DNA from: a virus
Taxonomy: Duplodnaviria; Caudoviricetes
DNA: 56,853 bases
Direction: 5' to 3' (one strand)
IMG/VR virus record: IMGVR_UViG_3300031953_000013
Span: 1-56,853 of that record
Both the position numbers and the translations under genes were made by a program. Each line of letters begins with the position of its first letter. Position 1 is the stretch's first letter. Under the pieces are notes generated by a model. The model saw nothing but the letters and a program-made list of their open reading frames with translations, did no database searches and was not told where the DNA came from. Shown here in pieces: positions 9,671-19,904 of the stretch.

Positions 9671-10723
9671 ATGGCTACCGGACCAATTACGCAACTCGCA
9701 GACGTTATCGTACCAGAAATGTTCAACCCTTACGTGCAGCAGCTTACCGAAGAAAAATCCCGCATCATTGCGTCCGGCGCTTTGGTACGTGACGGCGCTT
9801 TGGACGCGGAGCTCGCTGGCGGTGGTCTTACTTTCCACACCCCGTCTTTTAAAGATCTCGATAACGACGCTGACAATGTCGGCTCGGACGAAGCGGATGA
9901 CCGTTACACCGGGGGCACTGCAAACAGCGTTCCGAAAAAGATTGGTACCTCGGAAGAAATTTCGGTACGCCTTTCTCGGAACCAGTCTTGGAGCTCCGCC
10001 GACCTGGCGTCTGCTTTGATCGGTACCGACCCAATGGACGCCATTGCTGGACGGATTTCCCAGTACTGGGCTCGTCGCCTTCAGGCGGCTTTCGTTGCGA
10101 GCATGAAAGGGGTGTTTGCGGATAACGCCGCGGCTCCTACGACTTCCGAGCACGTCCAGAATGACCTGACAAACGACGTATCTGGTACCGCCTACTCGGC
10201 TGGAGTTACTAACTTCAGCGCGGGCGCGTTCTTGGATGCCGCCGTCACGATGGGCGACAGCATGGATTCGCTCGGCCTCGTGTTGGTGCACTCCATCGTG
10301 TATAACCGGATGCAGAAAAATAACCTGATCGACTTCATCGTTGATTCGGAATCCAAGGTACGCATCCCGACCTTCCTTAACCGAGTGGTTGTTATGGACG
10401 ACGGACTGCCGGCCACTTCCGGGGTATTCGAGTCCTGGATGTTCGGCGCGGGTGCTATCCGCTTGGGTATGGGTCAGCCAAAAACTCCGACCGAAACCAA
10501 GCGCGATCCTGATTCCGGTAACGGGTCTGGTTCCGAGATTCTGTACAACCGTACAGAGCTGTGCATCCACCCGGTCGGCCATAAGTTCGCGGCAACGGCT
10601 TCCAAGGGCGGCCCGTCCAACGCCGCTACCACCGGCAACCTAGCCGCCGCCGCTTCGTGGGCGCGGGCGTTCAGCGAGCGGAAGCAAATCAAAATCGCTC
10701 GTCTTATTACTCGGGAATTTTAA
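9671..10723 (+). CDS. Major capsid protein
   Basis: 350 aa, T.LADVIVPE.F.PY start, strong RBS gaggagg, high-expression codon bias. Confidence 0.9.
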   Translation: MATGPITQLADVIVPEMFNPYVQQLTEEKSRIIASGALVRDGALDAELAGGGLTFHTPSFKDLDNDADNVGSDEADDRYTGGTANSVPKKIGTSEEISVRLSRNQSWSSADLASALIGTDPMDAIAGRISQYWARRLQAAFVASMKGVFADNAAAPTTSEHVQNDLTNDVSGTAYSAGVTNFSAGAFLDAAVTMGDSMDSLGLVLVHSIVYNRMQKNNLIDFIVDSESKVRIPTFLNRVVVMDDGLPATSGVFESWMFGAGAIRLGMGQPKTPTETKRDPDSGNGSGSEILYNRTELCIHPVGHKFAATASKGGPSNAATTGNLAAAASWARAFSERKQIKIARLITREF

Positions 10724-10736
10724 TCGGGTAGTAGTT

Positions 10737-10761
10737 AAAAGCGGGGGGAGACCCCGCTTTT
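10737..10761 (+). terminator. Terminator after MCP
   Basis: aaaagcgggg-ggaga-ccccgctttt. Confidence 0.75.
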
Positions 10762-10784
10762 ATCCCCATTTTGGAGAACGCGCA

Positions 10785-11249
10785 ATGACTATATATCGCC
10801 GCTACATGCGCCACGCCACCTACGACCTGCTACGCCATAGCAAGAAGCTCTTGGCTTTTCTTGGTAACCAAGCCGCTCGCCTATCCGGGACCGGTGCTGG
10901 GACCGTCGTGACCTTTACTAATGCCACAAACCTCGTGAACCTGATAGGTCACGGATTCGTGGCTGGCGGGGGCCCTTTTGTATTAGAGAACGCTGGCGGC
11001 GCTCTGCCGACTGGTTTGGACGCCGCTACGCTGTACTTCGTCGGGGTACCCAGTGTGGACACCCTTACGTTACACATCACCTCCGATGCGGCGATTGGTG
11101 CCAGCAACGAGGTGGCTTTTTCTACCGACGGCACGGGGACGACCCAGATTTTAAAAGGGGCCGACGAGCTGACGGTTTTTGACGCCATGAATGATGGCGC
11201 TTACTCGGCCGCTGGGATTATGCTAGTTACCGATATTGATACTTTGTGA
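10785..11249 (+). CDS. Virion protein (possible head decoration)
   Basis: Follows MCP; Gly/Thr-rich beta domain. Confidence 0.55.
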   Translation: MTIYRRYMRHATYDLLRHSKKLLAFLGNQAARLSGTGAGTVVTFTNATNLVNLIGHGFVAGGGPFVLENAGGALPTGLDAATLYFVGVPSVDTLTLHITSDAAIGASNEVAFSTDGTGTTQILKGADELTVFDAMNDGAYSAAGIMLVTDIDTL

Positions 11250-11259
11250 GGACCCAGAA

Positions 11260-11781
11260 ATGAGCGAAAAGATTAAAGCGGCCCTGACCGCGCTAGACCC
11301 GAAGAACGACGCCCATTGGACCACCGATGGGCTCCCCCGTTTGGACGTAATGAAGGAGCTTCTCGGTGAAAATGTGACCCGGGAGGCCCTTAGTAGTGTC
11401 GCTAAGGGGTTCACTCGTACCTCGCCAGTAATCGAGACCCCCGCACCGTGGGCGCCGGCAGCACCGATTGCCACGCCAGAAGTAGCAACTGCAAAACTGG
11501 GAGACGCTACTACGGAGGAGGCAGATGCCGCCGAAGCCGCCGAGAGTCTTGTTCTGGAAGAGCTGGAGGAGGCAAAAAAGGTACACGAGAAAAGTAGGCT
11601 GCGCCTTCAGCTGGCTCTTAAGGCTTACGACACGATTGTGGATCACAAGGAACAAGACGCCAAGTCGAGTGGTGGTATGACCGATATTCAATTGTTTCAA
11701 AAGGCCCAAGCGAAGGAACGAGAAGGGCTCGCCGGGCGGCAGGCTCGGCTGAAAGATATGATCAACAACATGGATATCTAA
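11260..11781 (+). CDS. Hypothetical head-region protein
   Basis: LDPKNDAHWTTDGLPRL motif; RBS gagg. Confidence 0.6.
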   Translation: MSEKIKAALTALDPKNDAHWTTDGLPRLDVMKELLGENVTREALSSVAKGFTRTSPVIETPAPWAPAAPIATPEVATAKLGDATTEEADAAEAAESLVLEELEEAKKVHEKSRLRLQLALKAYDTIVDHKEQDAKSSGGMTDIQLFQKAQAKEREGLAGRQARLKDMINNMDI

Positions 11782-11786
11782 TGGCC

Positions 11787-11811
11787 GGGGGCTATGCCCC
11801 CATTTTTTTTT
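11787..11811 (+). terminator. Terminator
   Basis: gggg-ctatg-cccc followed by a T-run. Confidence 0.55.
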
Positions 11812-11825
11812 AAAGCAGGTGAAAA

Positions 11826-12329
11826 ATGGCTTTTATTGTAGAAGACGGCACCATCGTGGACGGGGCTACCTCTTACGTGGCGGAAGCCTTTTCCGACGCC
11901 TATTTCACCGACCTTGCAGTTGCCGAATGGACTGACGCTACGCCCAGCGCCAAAAAGGCGGCGCTCGTTAACGGGTCCGAGTATGCCTCCTTGCGATGGG
12001 GCCGCATCCTATCCGGGGTCAAAATGATTTCTACCCAGCCTCTGGAATTTCCTCGATACCGTTGTACCGACGTAACCGGCGGGTCGACCGCTTTGGTACC
12101 TGTCGCATGGAAACAAGCGATCTGCAACTACGCGTTACAATACCTCCAAAACGCTTTATACCAATCCACCGACGTAAACGATACCCGGCAAGTTCAAAGC
12201 AAGTCGGTTACCATCGGTCCTATTAAAACCGCCACCACGTTTACCCAGAAAACGGTACCACGTTTTCCAAAGGCGGATCGTCTGGCTAGCCGTTATGTCT
12301 ATGCCGTTAGCCAAGTGATAAGGAATTAA
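11826..12329 (+). CDS. Head-tail adaptor protein
   Basis: MAFIVEDGT...SYV and QPLEFPR motifs. Confidence 0.75.
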   Translation: MAFIVEDGTIVDGATSYVAEAFSDAYFTDLAVAEWTDATPSAKKAALVNGSEYASLRWGRILSGVKMISTQPLEFPRYRCTDVTGGSTALVPVAWKQAICNYALQYLQNALYQSTDVNDTRQVQSKSVTIGPIKTATTFTQKTVPRFPKADRLASRYVYAVSQVIRN

Positions 12330-12331
12330 TC

Positions 12332-12712
12332 GTGGCCGCTTCGGACGCTTTTTACAATGGCCTTATACCCGAGATAACCGGGCTCCTCGCCGAGTACGGG
12401 ACGACCTTTACCGTGAGGGCGGCTCCTATTTATAACGATGCCACCATGAGGTCAACGTTGGGAACGGAAAGGGCGGTTAAAGGGGTTATTGTGGACAGCG
12501 CCACAAAGAACAACCTGGCGAGTCAAATATACCCGGTCGGCGAAGCGTCCCAAGGGTGGTTTACCACACGGGGCCTTATCCTGGAGCCAGCGGCGAATTT
12601 ACAACCAGAAGACGAGGTCCTGGTCGATGGCCAGTGGTTTCCGGTCGGCAAGACGAGCCCACTTAAACCGGCCGACGTGACCTTGCTTTACATTGTGGCC
12701 CTATCCAAATGA
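12332..12712 (+). CDS. Head closure/stopper protein
   Basis: Position and size; C-terminal PLKPADVTLLY. Confidence 0.6.
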   Translation: MAASDAFYNGLIPEITGLLAEYGTTFTVRAAPIYNDATMRSTLGTERAVKGVIVDSATKNNLASQIYPVGEASQGWFTTRGLILEPAANLQPEDEVLVDGQWFPVGKTSPLKPADVTLLYIVALSK

Positions 12713-13122
12713 GCTTTTCCAGAAGTTTAAGGCTGTTCCATGGTAGGACCCTGACTAAATTTAATAAGGTACGAGCCTTGGCGGCACTGGATATTTTTAG
12801 TTCTATTATTATCGCAACGCCGGTCGATAAGGGGCCGCTGCGCAATAACTGGTTCGTTTCTCTTAACACGGCCGTCGGCACCGCCAATCCAAACGACACC
12901 GGTGGAGGTGGCCAGGAAAAAGTAAACGAGATTACGGCGAAAGTCGAGGGCTACGACGACCCGTTTGACGACATTTTATTTATCAACAATTTAAAGTATG
13001 CGGGGGCGATAGAATACGACGGCCATTCTTCGCAAGCTCCGGGCGGCATGGTTCGAGTAAACACCTCTCGTTGGGATCAGGTGGTAAGACAGGCGTTGAG
13101 GCGGGTTAGTTATGGCGACTAG
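12709..13122 (+). CDS. Tail completion protein (HK97 gp10-like)
   Basis: TPVDKGPLRNNW and NNLKYA..IEYDGHSSQAPGGMVR motifs. Confidence 0.8.
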   Translation: MSFSRSLRLFHGRTLTKFNKVRALAALDIFSSIIIATPVDKGPLRNNWFVSLNTAVGTANPNDTGGGGQEKVNEITAKVEGYDDPFDDILFINNLKYAGAIEYDGHSSQAPGGMVRVNTSRWDQVVRQALRRVSYGD

Positions 13123-13531
13123 GTATTTTGATATTGAAAAGGCCTTACTGGATGGCCTTCGGGTGGTCGATGCGGTTACTCCGATGGAAACGCCGAACAG
13201 CCCTATCTCGTCGAAACCGGAAGGTCTTTGGTTAAAAGTTTATAATGGGAGGACCGGAACCGTTCCGATAACCCTAGGCGTAAACGGCGAAGACGAGCAT
13301 AGGGGGTTTTTACAAGTAGATATTAATTACCCGCAAAACCAAGGGTCTGGCTTAATTTTAGAAAAAGCCGATGAAATCGCTAGCGCCTTTCCAGCGGGGC
13401 AAGCCTTGCTATATAATGGCCAGGAGGTCATTTTAAAGGGTACGTCGGTAAGTGGGGGTCGCTACGCAGGCGGCTACTATAGAGTTAGTGTTAGCATTTA
13501 CTACTATGCTAGGACTGCACGAACAGTTTAG
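13112..13531 (+). CDS. Tail terminator protein
   Basis: G.LQVDI.YP...G motif; lies before the tube gene. Confidence 0.7.
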   Translation: MATRYFDIEKALLDGLRVVDAVTPMETPNSPISSKPEGLWLKVYNGRTGTVPITLGVNGEDEHRGFLQVDINYPQNQGSGLILEKADEIASAFPAGQALLYNGQEVILKGTSVSGGRYAGGYYRVSVSIYYYARTARTV

Positions 13532-13543
13532 GAGATAAATGTT

Positions 13544-14491
13544 ATGGCCAATGGTAGCCGTCACGCGCTTTTCAGCGCACCAGAAAGTACGTATGGAACG
13601 CTCCCTACTAGTCCAGCCTTGGACGCGGTGCGTTTAACTTCGTGTACCCTTGGTCTATCCAAGGATAGTCTAGAATCCGCCGAGATTCGTTCCGACCGGC
13701 AAAAGGCGGACTTCCGCCTTGGCGCTAATCAGGTAAACGGAGAAATAGGCTTCGAGCTTAGCTATGGGTCGTTTGATCAGTTCCTGGAAGCCGTTTTGAT
13801 GGGTACTGGTTGGGAAACGGGGGCTCCGCTAGTCGGCACGGACCAAGTCAAAGCTGGCGTAGTTCGTCGATCGTTTACCATGGTTCGGCACTTCTCGGAT
13901 ATCCTAACAGCGGACAAACCGTACTATATTTTCAGCGGCGTAGAAATCAATAGCTTGACGCTGAGCATAGCGGCTAGCCAAATGATTACCGGGACCATGA
14001 GCGTAGTCGGTAAAGGGCAGACCGTAGCGGCCGACCTGACCGCGCTCGGCACCCCGACCTACGCCCCCGAGTCCACCACTTCGCCTTTGGATTCCTTTAC
14101 TGGAACGCTGGACGAGGGTGGAACCACGATTGCGGTAGTGACCGAAATAGCGCTGGACCTCCAGAATGGGGTGGAGCCCCGTTATGTAGTCGGCAGTAAA
14201 GAAACCATTAAGCCTTCCGACGGTCGATCCAACCTAACCGGTACGGTTAGCGCTTATTTTGAAAACTCGGACCTCGTTGAAAAGTTCGTCAACGAAACCG
14301 AGTCTAGCCTAACCCTGATCCTACCAGACGCAGCGGGCAATAGCATTAAAGTTATCATCCCGCGCATCAAGTACACCGGTGGCAAACCCGACGTTAGCGG
14401 TGAGGGCCCGATTATCCTGTCCATGCCATTCCAAGCGCTATTGGACAGCGCTAGCGGCACCAACATCACTATCGAAAGGACGCCGGTGTAA
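13544..14491 (+). CDS. Major tail tube protein
   Basis: 315 aa; ESTYG..P and S.EIRSDRQ motifs; no sheath gene, so a non-contractile tail. Confidence 0.85.
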   Translation: MANGSRHALFSAPESTYGTLPTSPALDAVRLTSCTLGLSKDSLESAEIRSDRQKADFRLGANQVNGEIGFELSYGSFDQFLEAVLMGTGWETGAPLVGTDQVKAGVVRRSFTMVRHFSDILTADKPYYIFSGVEINSLTLSIAASQMITGTMSVVGKGQTVAADLTALGTPTYAPESTTSPLDSFTGTLDEGGTTIAVVTEIALDLQNGVEPRYVVGSKETIKPSDGRSNLTGTVSAYFENSDLVEKFVNETESSLTLILPDAAGNSIKVIIPRIKYTGGKPDVSGEGPIILSMPFQALLDSASGTNITIERTPV

Positions 14492-14525
14492 CCTTTAACC
14501 ACAAATAGGCGAAGGACCCAGACCT

Positions 14526-14936
14526 ATGGAAATGAAAGATTTTTATACACGTGAAGTATCGAATACGGGGAAGCGAGTTCCCCTATATCGTCCAGACGGT
14601 ACTCTGTCGGACGAGCACTTTGTTATCCGAGGAGTCGACTCTGACACCTTTCGCCGGGCGGATTTAAACGCTAAGCGGAAAATGATGGAGGCGGGGAACC
14701 TACTAGACGACATCGAACGGGCAGACGTGGTCGCCGTTATAGAACGAGAGCTGGTATCCTCTCTGGTCGTCGAATGGTCGTTCCCTCAGGAGTGCTCCCC
14801 TGAAAACGTGTCTCTGTTTTTTAAGGAGGCTCCACAGCTGCAAAAAATGGTTAACGTGTTGGCGGCGCAAAGATCGTTTTTTTTCGAGAAAGAGTTGAAG
14901 CCCTCGTCCACTGGGTTGAAGAAGACACGAAGCTAA
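14526..14936 (+). CDS. Tail assembly chaperone (gpG-like)
   Basis: Between tube and tape measure genes; slippery T8 run. Confidence 0.8.
   Translation: MEMKDFYTREVSNTGKRVPLYRPDGTLSDEHFVIRGVDSDTFRRADLNAKRKMMEAGNLLDDIERADVVAVIERELVSSLVVEWSFPQECSPENVSLFFKEAPQLQKMVNVLAAQRSFFFEKELKPSSTGLKKTRS
14877..14885 (+). promoter_or_regulatory. -1 programmed ribosomal frameshift site T TTT TTC
   Basis: The -1 frame is open from the slip site to 15217. Confidence 0.8.
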
Positions 14937-15217
14937 ATCTCCCGGTAAAGGGAAGCAAGCTCTCGCTTCGACGCCACTTGGAACAGGTCCACAAGGCGAC
15001 GGGTGTTTTACCTAAGCCCCTCGCCGAGCTTCCGAGGTTTCCGGAAGACATCGGGTACTTGTGGGAACTATACAACGAAGTTCGGACGGAAGCCGCCCTG
15101 ACGTACACCGAGGTCGCTAGCTGGTTACAAGTAACCGGGGTGCAACTCGAAGGGTGGGAGGTTCGAGTTTTGAAGTTACTAGACCGCGTGGTCTTAAAGG
15201 TGGCGAGGAATGGCTGA
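14886..15217 (+). CDS. Tail chaperone frameshift extension (gpGT-like)
   Basis: -1 frame reads RERVEALVHW...EVRVLKLLDRV. Confidence 0.75.
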
Positions 15218-17909
15218 CGAGTTAGCAAGTTTACAAATTCGTATTAGATCCCTTGAGGCCGAGGTCGCAGACCGGCGTTTGCGAGGACTCTCAGAAACCG
15301 GAAGAAGGACCGAACGTGTAACCGATGGGTTGACTCGGTCTTTCCTACGGTTTGCCGGGCCAGCCGCTATAGTGGCCGGTACGATTGCCGCTTTAACTAA
15401 AACCATATCATCGACCCGTACTTTTGAAGTCCTGAATGCTCAGTTAATAACAGCGACTGGGTCCGCTGAGAACGCTGCGACTGCCTTTAAGGTCCTTCAG
15501 GACTTCGCCTCTAACACCCCCTACGATTTAGCGCAAGTAACCGACAGCTTTACTAAATTGGTTAACCTTGGCCTTACACCATCCGAGCGTGCCTTAACCA
15601 GCTACGGTGATACCGCCTCCGCCATGGGTAAGGACTTAAACCAACTTATTGAAGCGGTGGCTGATGCCGCCACCGGGGAATTTGAACGCCTAAAAGAGTT
15701 CGGTATTCGGGCGAGTAAGCAAGGTGACGAAGTATCTTTCACCTTTCGAGGGGTCACGGACACAGTCGCTTTTAACTCGGCCGAGATCGAGTCTTACCTG
15801 ATGAAACTTGGCGAAAATAACTTTGCCGGGGCGATGGCCGCACGAATGGCCACGCTTGATGGCGCCATTTCCAACCTTGGCGACGAATGGGAAAAGTTGT
15901 GGATGACCGTCGGACAGGCCGGGGTCGGCGACTTGGTCGAGACGCAGGTGCACAGAGCTACCGACGCCTTGTCCGATATGACCGCCATGGTCGCTTCTAA
16001 GCAACTTGCCGGTTATGTGGACGCTTTAGGAAATCGCTTTTTGCGGGTCGCAGACGACGTTATTACTATGGTGGAGATTAACGACACCGCAGTAACCGGC
16101 TGGCTAGATAAATGGGTGACCGATACCGATGACGCCATGGACATCCTTAAATCGTCTTTTTTCGAGTTCCCGGAAAATGTTAAAGCGATGCTGGATTTGG
16201 CCTATGTTGAATTCCAAGCCTTTGATAAAAAGATGGGGGTAGTAGAGGACCTAATTCTGGACCACCTAGATTTCACTACCTTCTGGAAAGACCCTCTACG
16301 AATTGGCCCGGGCGCTGCCTACGACAAGGCTATGACCACAATAGCAGACGGACGTACCGCCGCTATTGCCACGGTTTTAAAAGAAAGGGAAGCCTCCCTA
16401 AATGCGTTTAATGCAGATATTAGCGCTGCCGACGCCGCACGGGCCGCTTACGACAAAGCACAAGCGGCAAGGGCTGGCTTATCCGGGGACGCTTTGGCGC
16501 CCTTTAAAATCGAGCCCGGCAGTGGGGACTCCGGCGGCAGCGATGGGGCGGTAACCGCGATAGACAAGAAAATTGCTAAGCTACAAGATGAAGCGGACAT
16601 GGCGTGGGCCGTCGGCACCCAACTGGAAATGCTAAAACTGCATAGCGAAGGCGCTTCCGACGCCCAGATTATGTTAGCGCAAAACGCCTACGCAACCATA
16701 GACGCCATGGCGGCGTTGGATGCCGAATTGTCCGCCCAAGCGGATACTAACGAGGCAGCCGCTGGAATCGCCGCCTCGCTGAAAAGCGAAGAAGACCAGA
16801 TTACCGCGTCCTACCAGCGTCGCCGGGAGATCATTTTAGACAGCACTCGGATGTCCGAAGACGAGCGCCATACCGTTTTAAAAGACCTGGAAGCTCAATA
16901 CCAAGAAGATTTGTTAACGGCAAACGACTCCTATTGGGCGAAATGGCTACAAGGGGCCGAGTTAGCTTTGACCGACTTTAAAGAGTTGGCGGGTTCGACC
17001 ATTGAGGCCTTTTCCACCGGTTTTGGTAATGCGTTTGAATCTGTGATCCTGGATTCGCAAAGTACCGACGAAGCGTTGAAAGGGTTGCTGCGCAGCCTTT
17101 TGCGTGGGACCGTTAACTCCCTTGGACAAATGACGGCGCAATGGTTGGCATTTCAGGCGCTGAAAATGGCTGGCATCACCGCTGAGACGGGCGCTGTCGT
17201 GGCGGCCGAGGCCACCAAAGCCACGGCCAGCGTGGCCGCGACCACTACCGCGGCTACCGCCAGCGTGGCCGCGACCACCACCACCACTACCGCCCAAGTC
17301 GCCGCGGCCGCCACTACGGCCACGGCCTGGTTGCCAGCGGCGCTGGTGGCCTCGATTGGTTCGTTCGGTGCTGCAGCGGTGGTCGGCGGCGCTGCGCTGA
17401 TCGCTGCTTATGCGCTGATCGGTGGCTTCAAGGAAGGCGGCTACACCGGGGACGCCAGCGAGAACGCGATAGCCGGCGTAGTGCACGGAAAAGAGTTCGT
17501 GGTAGACGCCGACACCACCCGCCGAATTGGGGTTAGCAACCTCATGCAGATGACTGGAATGGCGCACGATGGCATCGACAAGGTCCCAAGGGAAGGTACT
17601 TGGCTCCTAGGCAAGGGTGAGCGAGTAACCGGGGCTCCGCTTAACCAAGACCTTACCACTTTCCTCCAACGGGAAAACACCAAAGCGCGTCAGGAAGAAG
17701 CGCCTACCAAGCAATCCGGAAATGGGGCCGCTACTAGAGGCGGGGACATGAACCCAACCGTAGTAATGCAGCTAACCGCCGGGGTCCCGGAAGCAGTCCG
17801 CCAGGAGATCGTGCGCTTAATGCCGCAAATAACCACGGCTGCTCTTTCCGCTATGCGACAAGCTATTTCGGAAGGCGGCGATATGGCTAGGGCCGTCGGT
17901 CGTAAATAA
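15210..17909 (+). CDS. Tape measure protein
   Basis: 899 aa, Ala-rich and helical; TPYDL and ADAATGEFERLKEFG tape-measure motifs. Confidence 0.92.
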   Translation: MADELASLQIRIRSLEAEVADRRLRGLSETGRRTERVTDGLTRSFLRFAGPAAIVAGTIAALTKTISSTRTFEVLNAQLITATGSAENAATAFKVLQDFASNTPYDLAQVTDSFTKLVNLGLTPSERALTSYGDTASAMGKDLNQLIEAVADAATGEFERLKEFGIRASKQGDEVSFTFRGVTDTVAFNSAEIESYLMKLGENNFAGAMAARMATLDGAISNLGDEWEKLWMTVGQAGVGDLVETQVHRATDALSDMTAMVASKQLAGYVDALGNRFLRVADDVITMVEINDTAVTGWLDKWVTDTDDAMDILKSSFFEFPENVKAMLDLAYVEFQAFDKKMGVVEDLILDHLDFTTFWKDPLRIGPGAAYDKAMTTIADGRTAAIATVLKEREASLNAFNADISAADAARAAYDKAQAARAGLSGDALAPFKIEPGSGDSGGSDGAVTAIDKKIAKLQDEADMAWAVGTQLEMLKLHSEGASDAQIMLAQNAYATIDAMAALDAELSAQADTNEAAAGIAASLKSEEDQITASYQRRREIILDSTRMSEDERHTVLKDLEAQYQEDLLTANDSYWAKWLQGAELALTDFKELAGSTIEAFSTGFGNAFESVILDSQSTDEALKGLLRSLLRGTVNSLGQMTAQWLAFQALKMAGITAETGAVVAAEATKATASVAATTTAATASVAATTTTTTAQVAAAATTATAWLPAALVASIGSFGAAAVVGGAALIAAYALIGGFKEGGYTGDASENAIAGVVHGKEFVVDADTTRRIGVSNLMQMTGMAHDGIDKVPREGTWLLGKGERVTGAPLNQDLTTFLQRENTKARQEEAPTKQSGNGAATRGGDMNPTVVMQLTAGVPEAVRQEIVRLMPQITTAALSAMRQAISEGGDMARAVGRK

Positions 17910-17989
17910 ACCGGGTGCGGGCCTCGCATTAAATACATTACAATCGTTTATGGGCGACGACCTACGACCCACTTTAAATGGAGATATTT

Positions 17990-18226
17990 ATGTACAATTC
18001 CAGTAAACCATGGTGGAAATCAAAAACGGTAATTGGCGGCTTGGTAGCGCTAGTGGCCGTTATCCTGCAAAGCACCGGATTTGATTTTGGCATGGCTGAC
18101 CAGCAGCTAGTTACCGACGGTATACTAGAAATGGTGGGTGGTGCCGGGGCCGTGCTTGCGGTATACGGACGAGTGAAAGCGACCCACGCTATTTCACCCA
18201 TCGTAAAGAAAACAAAGAAGGAGTAA
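17990..18226 (+). CDS. Small two-TM membrane protein (holin-like)
   Basis: KPWWKSKT followed by two hydrophobic segments, YGRVKA and a basic tail. Confidence 0.65.
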   Translation: MYNSSKPWWKSKTVIGGLVALVAVILQSTGFDFGMADQQLVTDGILEMVGGAGAVLAVYGRVKATHAISPIVKKTKKE

Positions 18227-18233
18227 GTTGTTT

Positions 18234-18737
18234 ATGGCCACCTTTATGCGCAAAAGTAATAGCTGTCTAATCCTATTTTGTATCTTTTTTGCATTCCTAA
18301 TGTTCGTATTATTTCCGAGAGTCGCGTTTAGTCAGGCGATTTCCTTCGGGACCGTCGAAACAACGGTCACGTGGACCCATCCTGCTACCCGGGTTAACGG
18401 GGACGCCCTGCCAGTCGTGGAAATAGACCACTACGTAATCGAAACCGTCGTTCGAGATAAGGCAGAAACGGTCATTGTGGACAGAGGGGACACGGCGACT
18501 TTACCATCGACCACGACCCTGGAATCACAGGTCCTGGTTTCCCCCGACCCGGTATTGCTATCCTATCGAATAAAAACGGTAGATATATACGGGTTGGAAA
18601 GCGAGTGGTCGGATCCGGCGACAAAAGAAGAAATAGTCGGACCAGACAGTACCGCCATCCCAATAAAGATTTACATTGAAATTAGTGTGGCGTGTAGCAG
18701 CGGATGTACTATTATCCCGGTCCCAACAACCCAGTAA
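18234..18737 (+). CDS. Signal-peptide/TM protein with an Fn3-like domain
   Basis: Hydrophobic N-terminus ending AFS; VTWTHP..R.NG..L and YRIKTVD..GLESEWS. Confidence 0.65.
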   Translation: MATFMRKSNSCLILFCIFFAFLMFVLFPRVAFSQAISFGTVETTVTWTHPATRVNGDALPVVEIDHYVIETVVRDKAETVIVDRGDTATLPSTTTLESQVLVSPDPVLLSYRIKTVDIYGLESEWSDPATKEEIVGPDSTAIPIKIYIEISVACSSGCTIIPVPTTQ

Positions 18738-18749
18738 GGAGTTATCCGG

Positions 18750-19904
18750 ATGGCGTTTTCCATAAGCGATTTTGGTACCGACGAGATTGTAGTTCCTAAC
18801 CAAGCAGCGACGATAACGGTTAGCGGCACGATCACTACTACCGTTGGCTATGTCAAACTGGAAAACGTGTCCGGTACCATAATCGCTGCCCAGACTATAA
18901 CCGGTTGGGATGATACGGCGAACACCATCGACATCCTAGTTCAGCAACGCAATCTTCGATATGGGGATGCCGATAGCCTTTTGCGGGTTACCCTCGCCGA
19001 TTACGCCACACAGACCTTGGCCGGTATTACGCTTAACCCAGAATCCGGGGTTAGCTACCAAAACCTGGTCTCCCCCGGCACCGGGGCGGGTACCATAAGC
19101 GCCTTACTTGGCGTAGTTCTGCTGGACGGGTCCCAAGTAGCTTGGCGGGATATCAATTCTCTAGGCGTGGCGATTGCGGCAGACGGTGCCGTGACCGGTA
19201 CCCCGGGTCCATTTTATGTAAAAACTTGGGACCCTGCTACACAGGTGTGGTCATCTTACGTACTAGCGGACTCCAGCGCGCCAGGCTTCGACCTAAGCAT
19301 GATTGGCCCAATAGTCGGGTTTCCATCTATTTACCCAGATTCATTTGATGTCGAGGTTATGAGAAAACAAACCGAGTTTCAAAGCGACCTGAGCGGGGTT
19401 ATAACCACGGCGGAGTTACCTGGTACTCGGTGGAAATTTACCTTGCAGTTCGGTAAACGCGGTGGGCGCGAGGCTCGGACGCTTTCGGCTTTTCTCATAT
19501 CCCTGCGAGGCATGGCCGGACGCTTTAATATTACCGTTGCCAACTTCGCACCACTAAACGGAACGGCCTTGGGGTCCCCAACGGTAAAGGGGGCCAACCA
19601 AACGGGGAACGCCTTGGTTACCGACGGGTGGCAATCGGGTCAACTAGAGGCGTTAGCCGTCGGGGACTACTTTTCCGTAAACGGGGAATTAAAAATGGTA
19701 ACCTCGCCAACCGTGCCAGACGGTACCGGGACGGCTGTTATCCAGTTCGAGCCATCGCTTCATCAAGCGCCACCAGATAACGGCCAAATTATTACGCAGC
19801 AGCCGTCTTGTCGGGTCAAGCTAGTTAAGCCGTTTAGTTTTTCGCTGACTAGTCCAGTTCTTTATGGTATAACAGTAGACGCAGTGGAGGCCATTGATGC
19901 CTAA
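18750..19904 (+). CDS. Distal tail protein with N-terminal extension
   Basis: C-terminal half is Dit-like (F.S.LSG...PGTRW, AFL.SLRG.AGRF, F.PSL). Confidence 0.7.
   Translation: MAFSISDFGTDEIVVPNQAATITVSGTITTTVGYVKLENVSGTIIAAQTITGWDDTANTIDILVQQRNLRYGDADSLLRVTLADYATQTLAGITLNPESGVSYQNLVSPGTGAGTISALLGVVLLDGSQVAWRDINSLGVAIAADGAVTGTPGPFYVKTWDPATQVWSSYVLADSSAPGFDLSMIGPIVGFPSIYPDSFDVEVMRKQTEFQSDLSGVITTAELPGTRWKFTLQFGKRGGREARTLSAFLISLRGMAGRFNITVANFAPLNGTALGSPTVKGANQTGNALVTDGWQSGQLEALAVGDYFSVNGELKMVTSPTVPDGTGTAVIQFEPSLHQAPPDNGQIITQQPSCRVKLVKPFSFSLTSPVLYGITVDAVEAIDA

Noticed and set aside
9650-10582. 310-aa antisense ORF over the capsid gene
   Set aside because: Shadow of strong codon bias; no recognisable motifs.
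17200-17330. Ala/Thr repeats in the tape measure gene
   Set aside because: Ordinary low-complexity TMP repeat.
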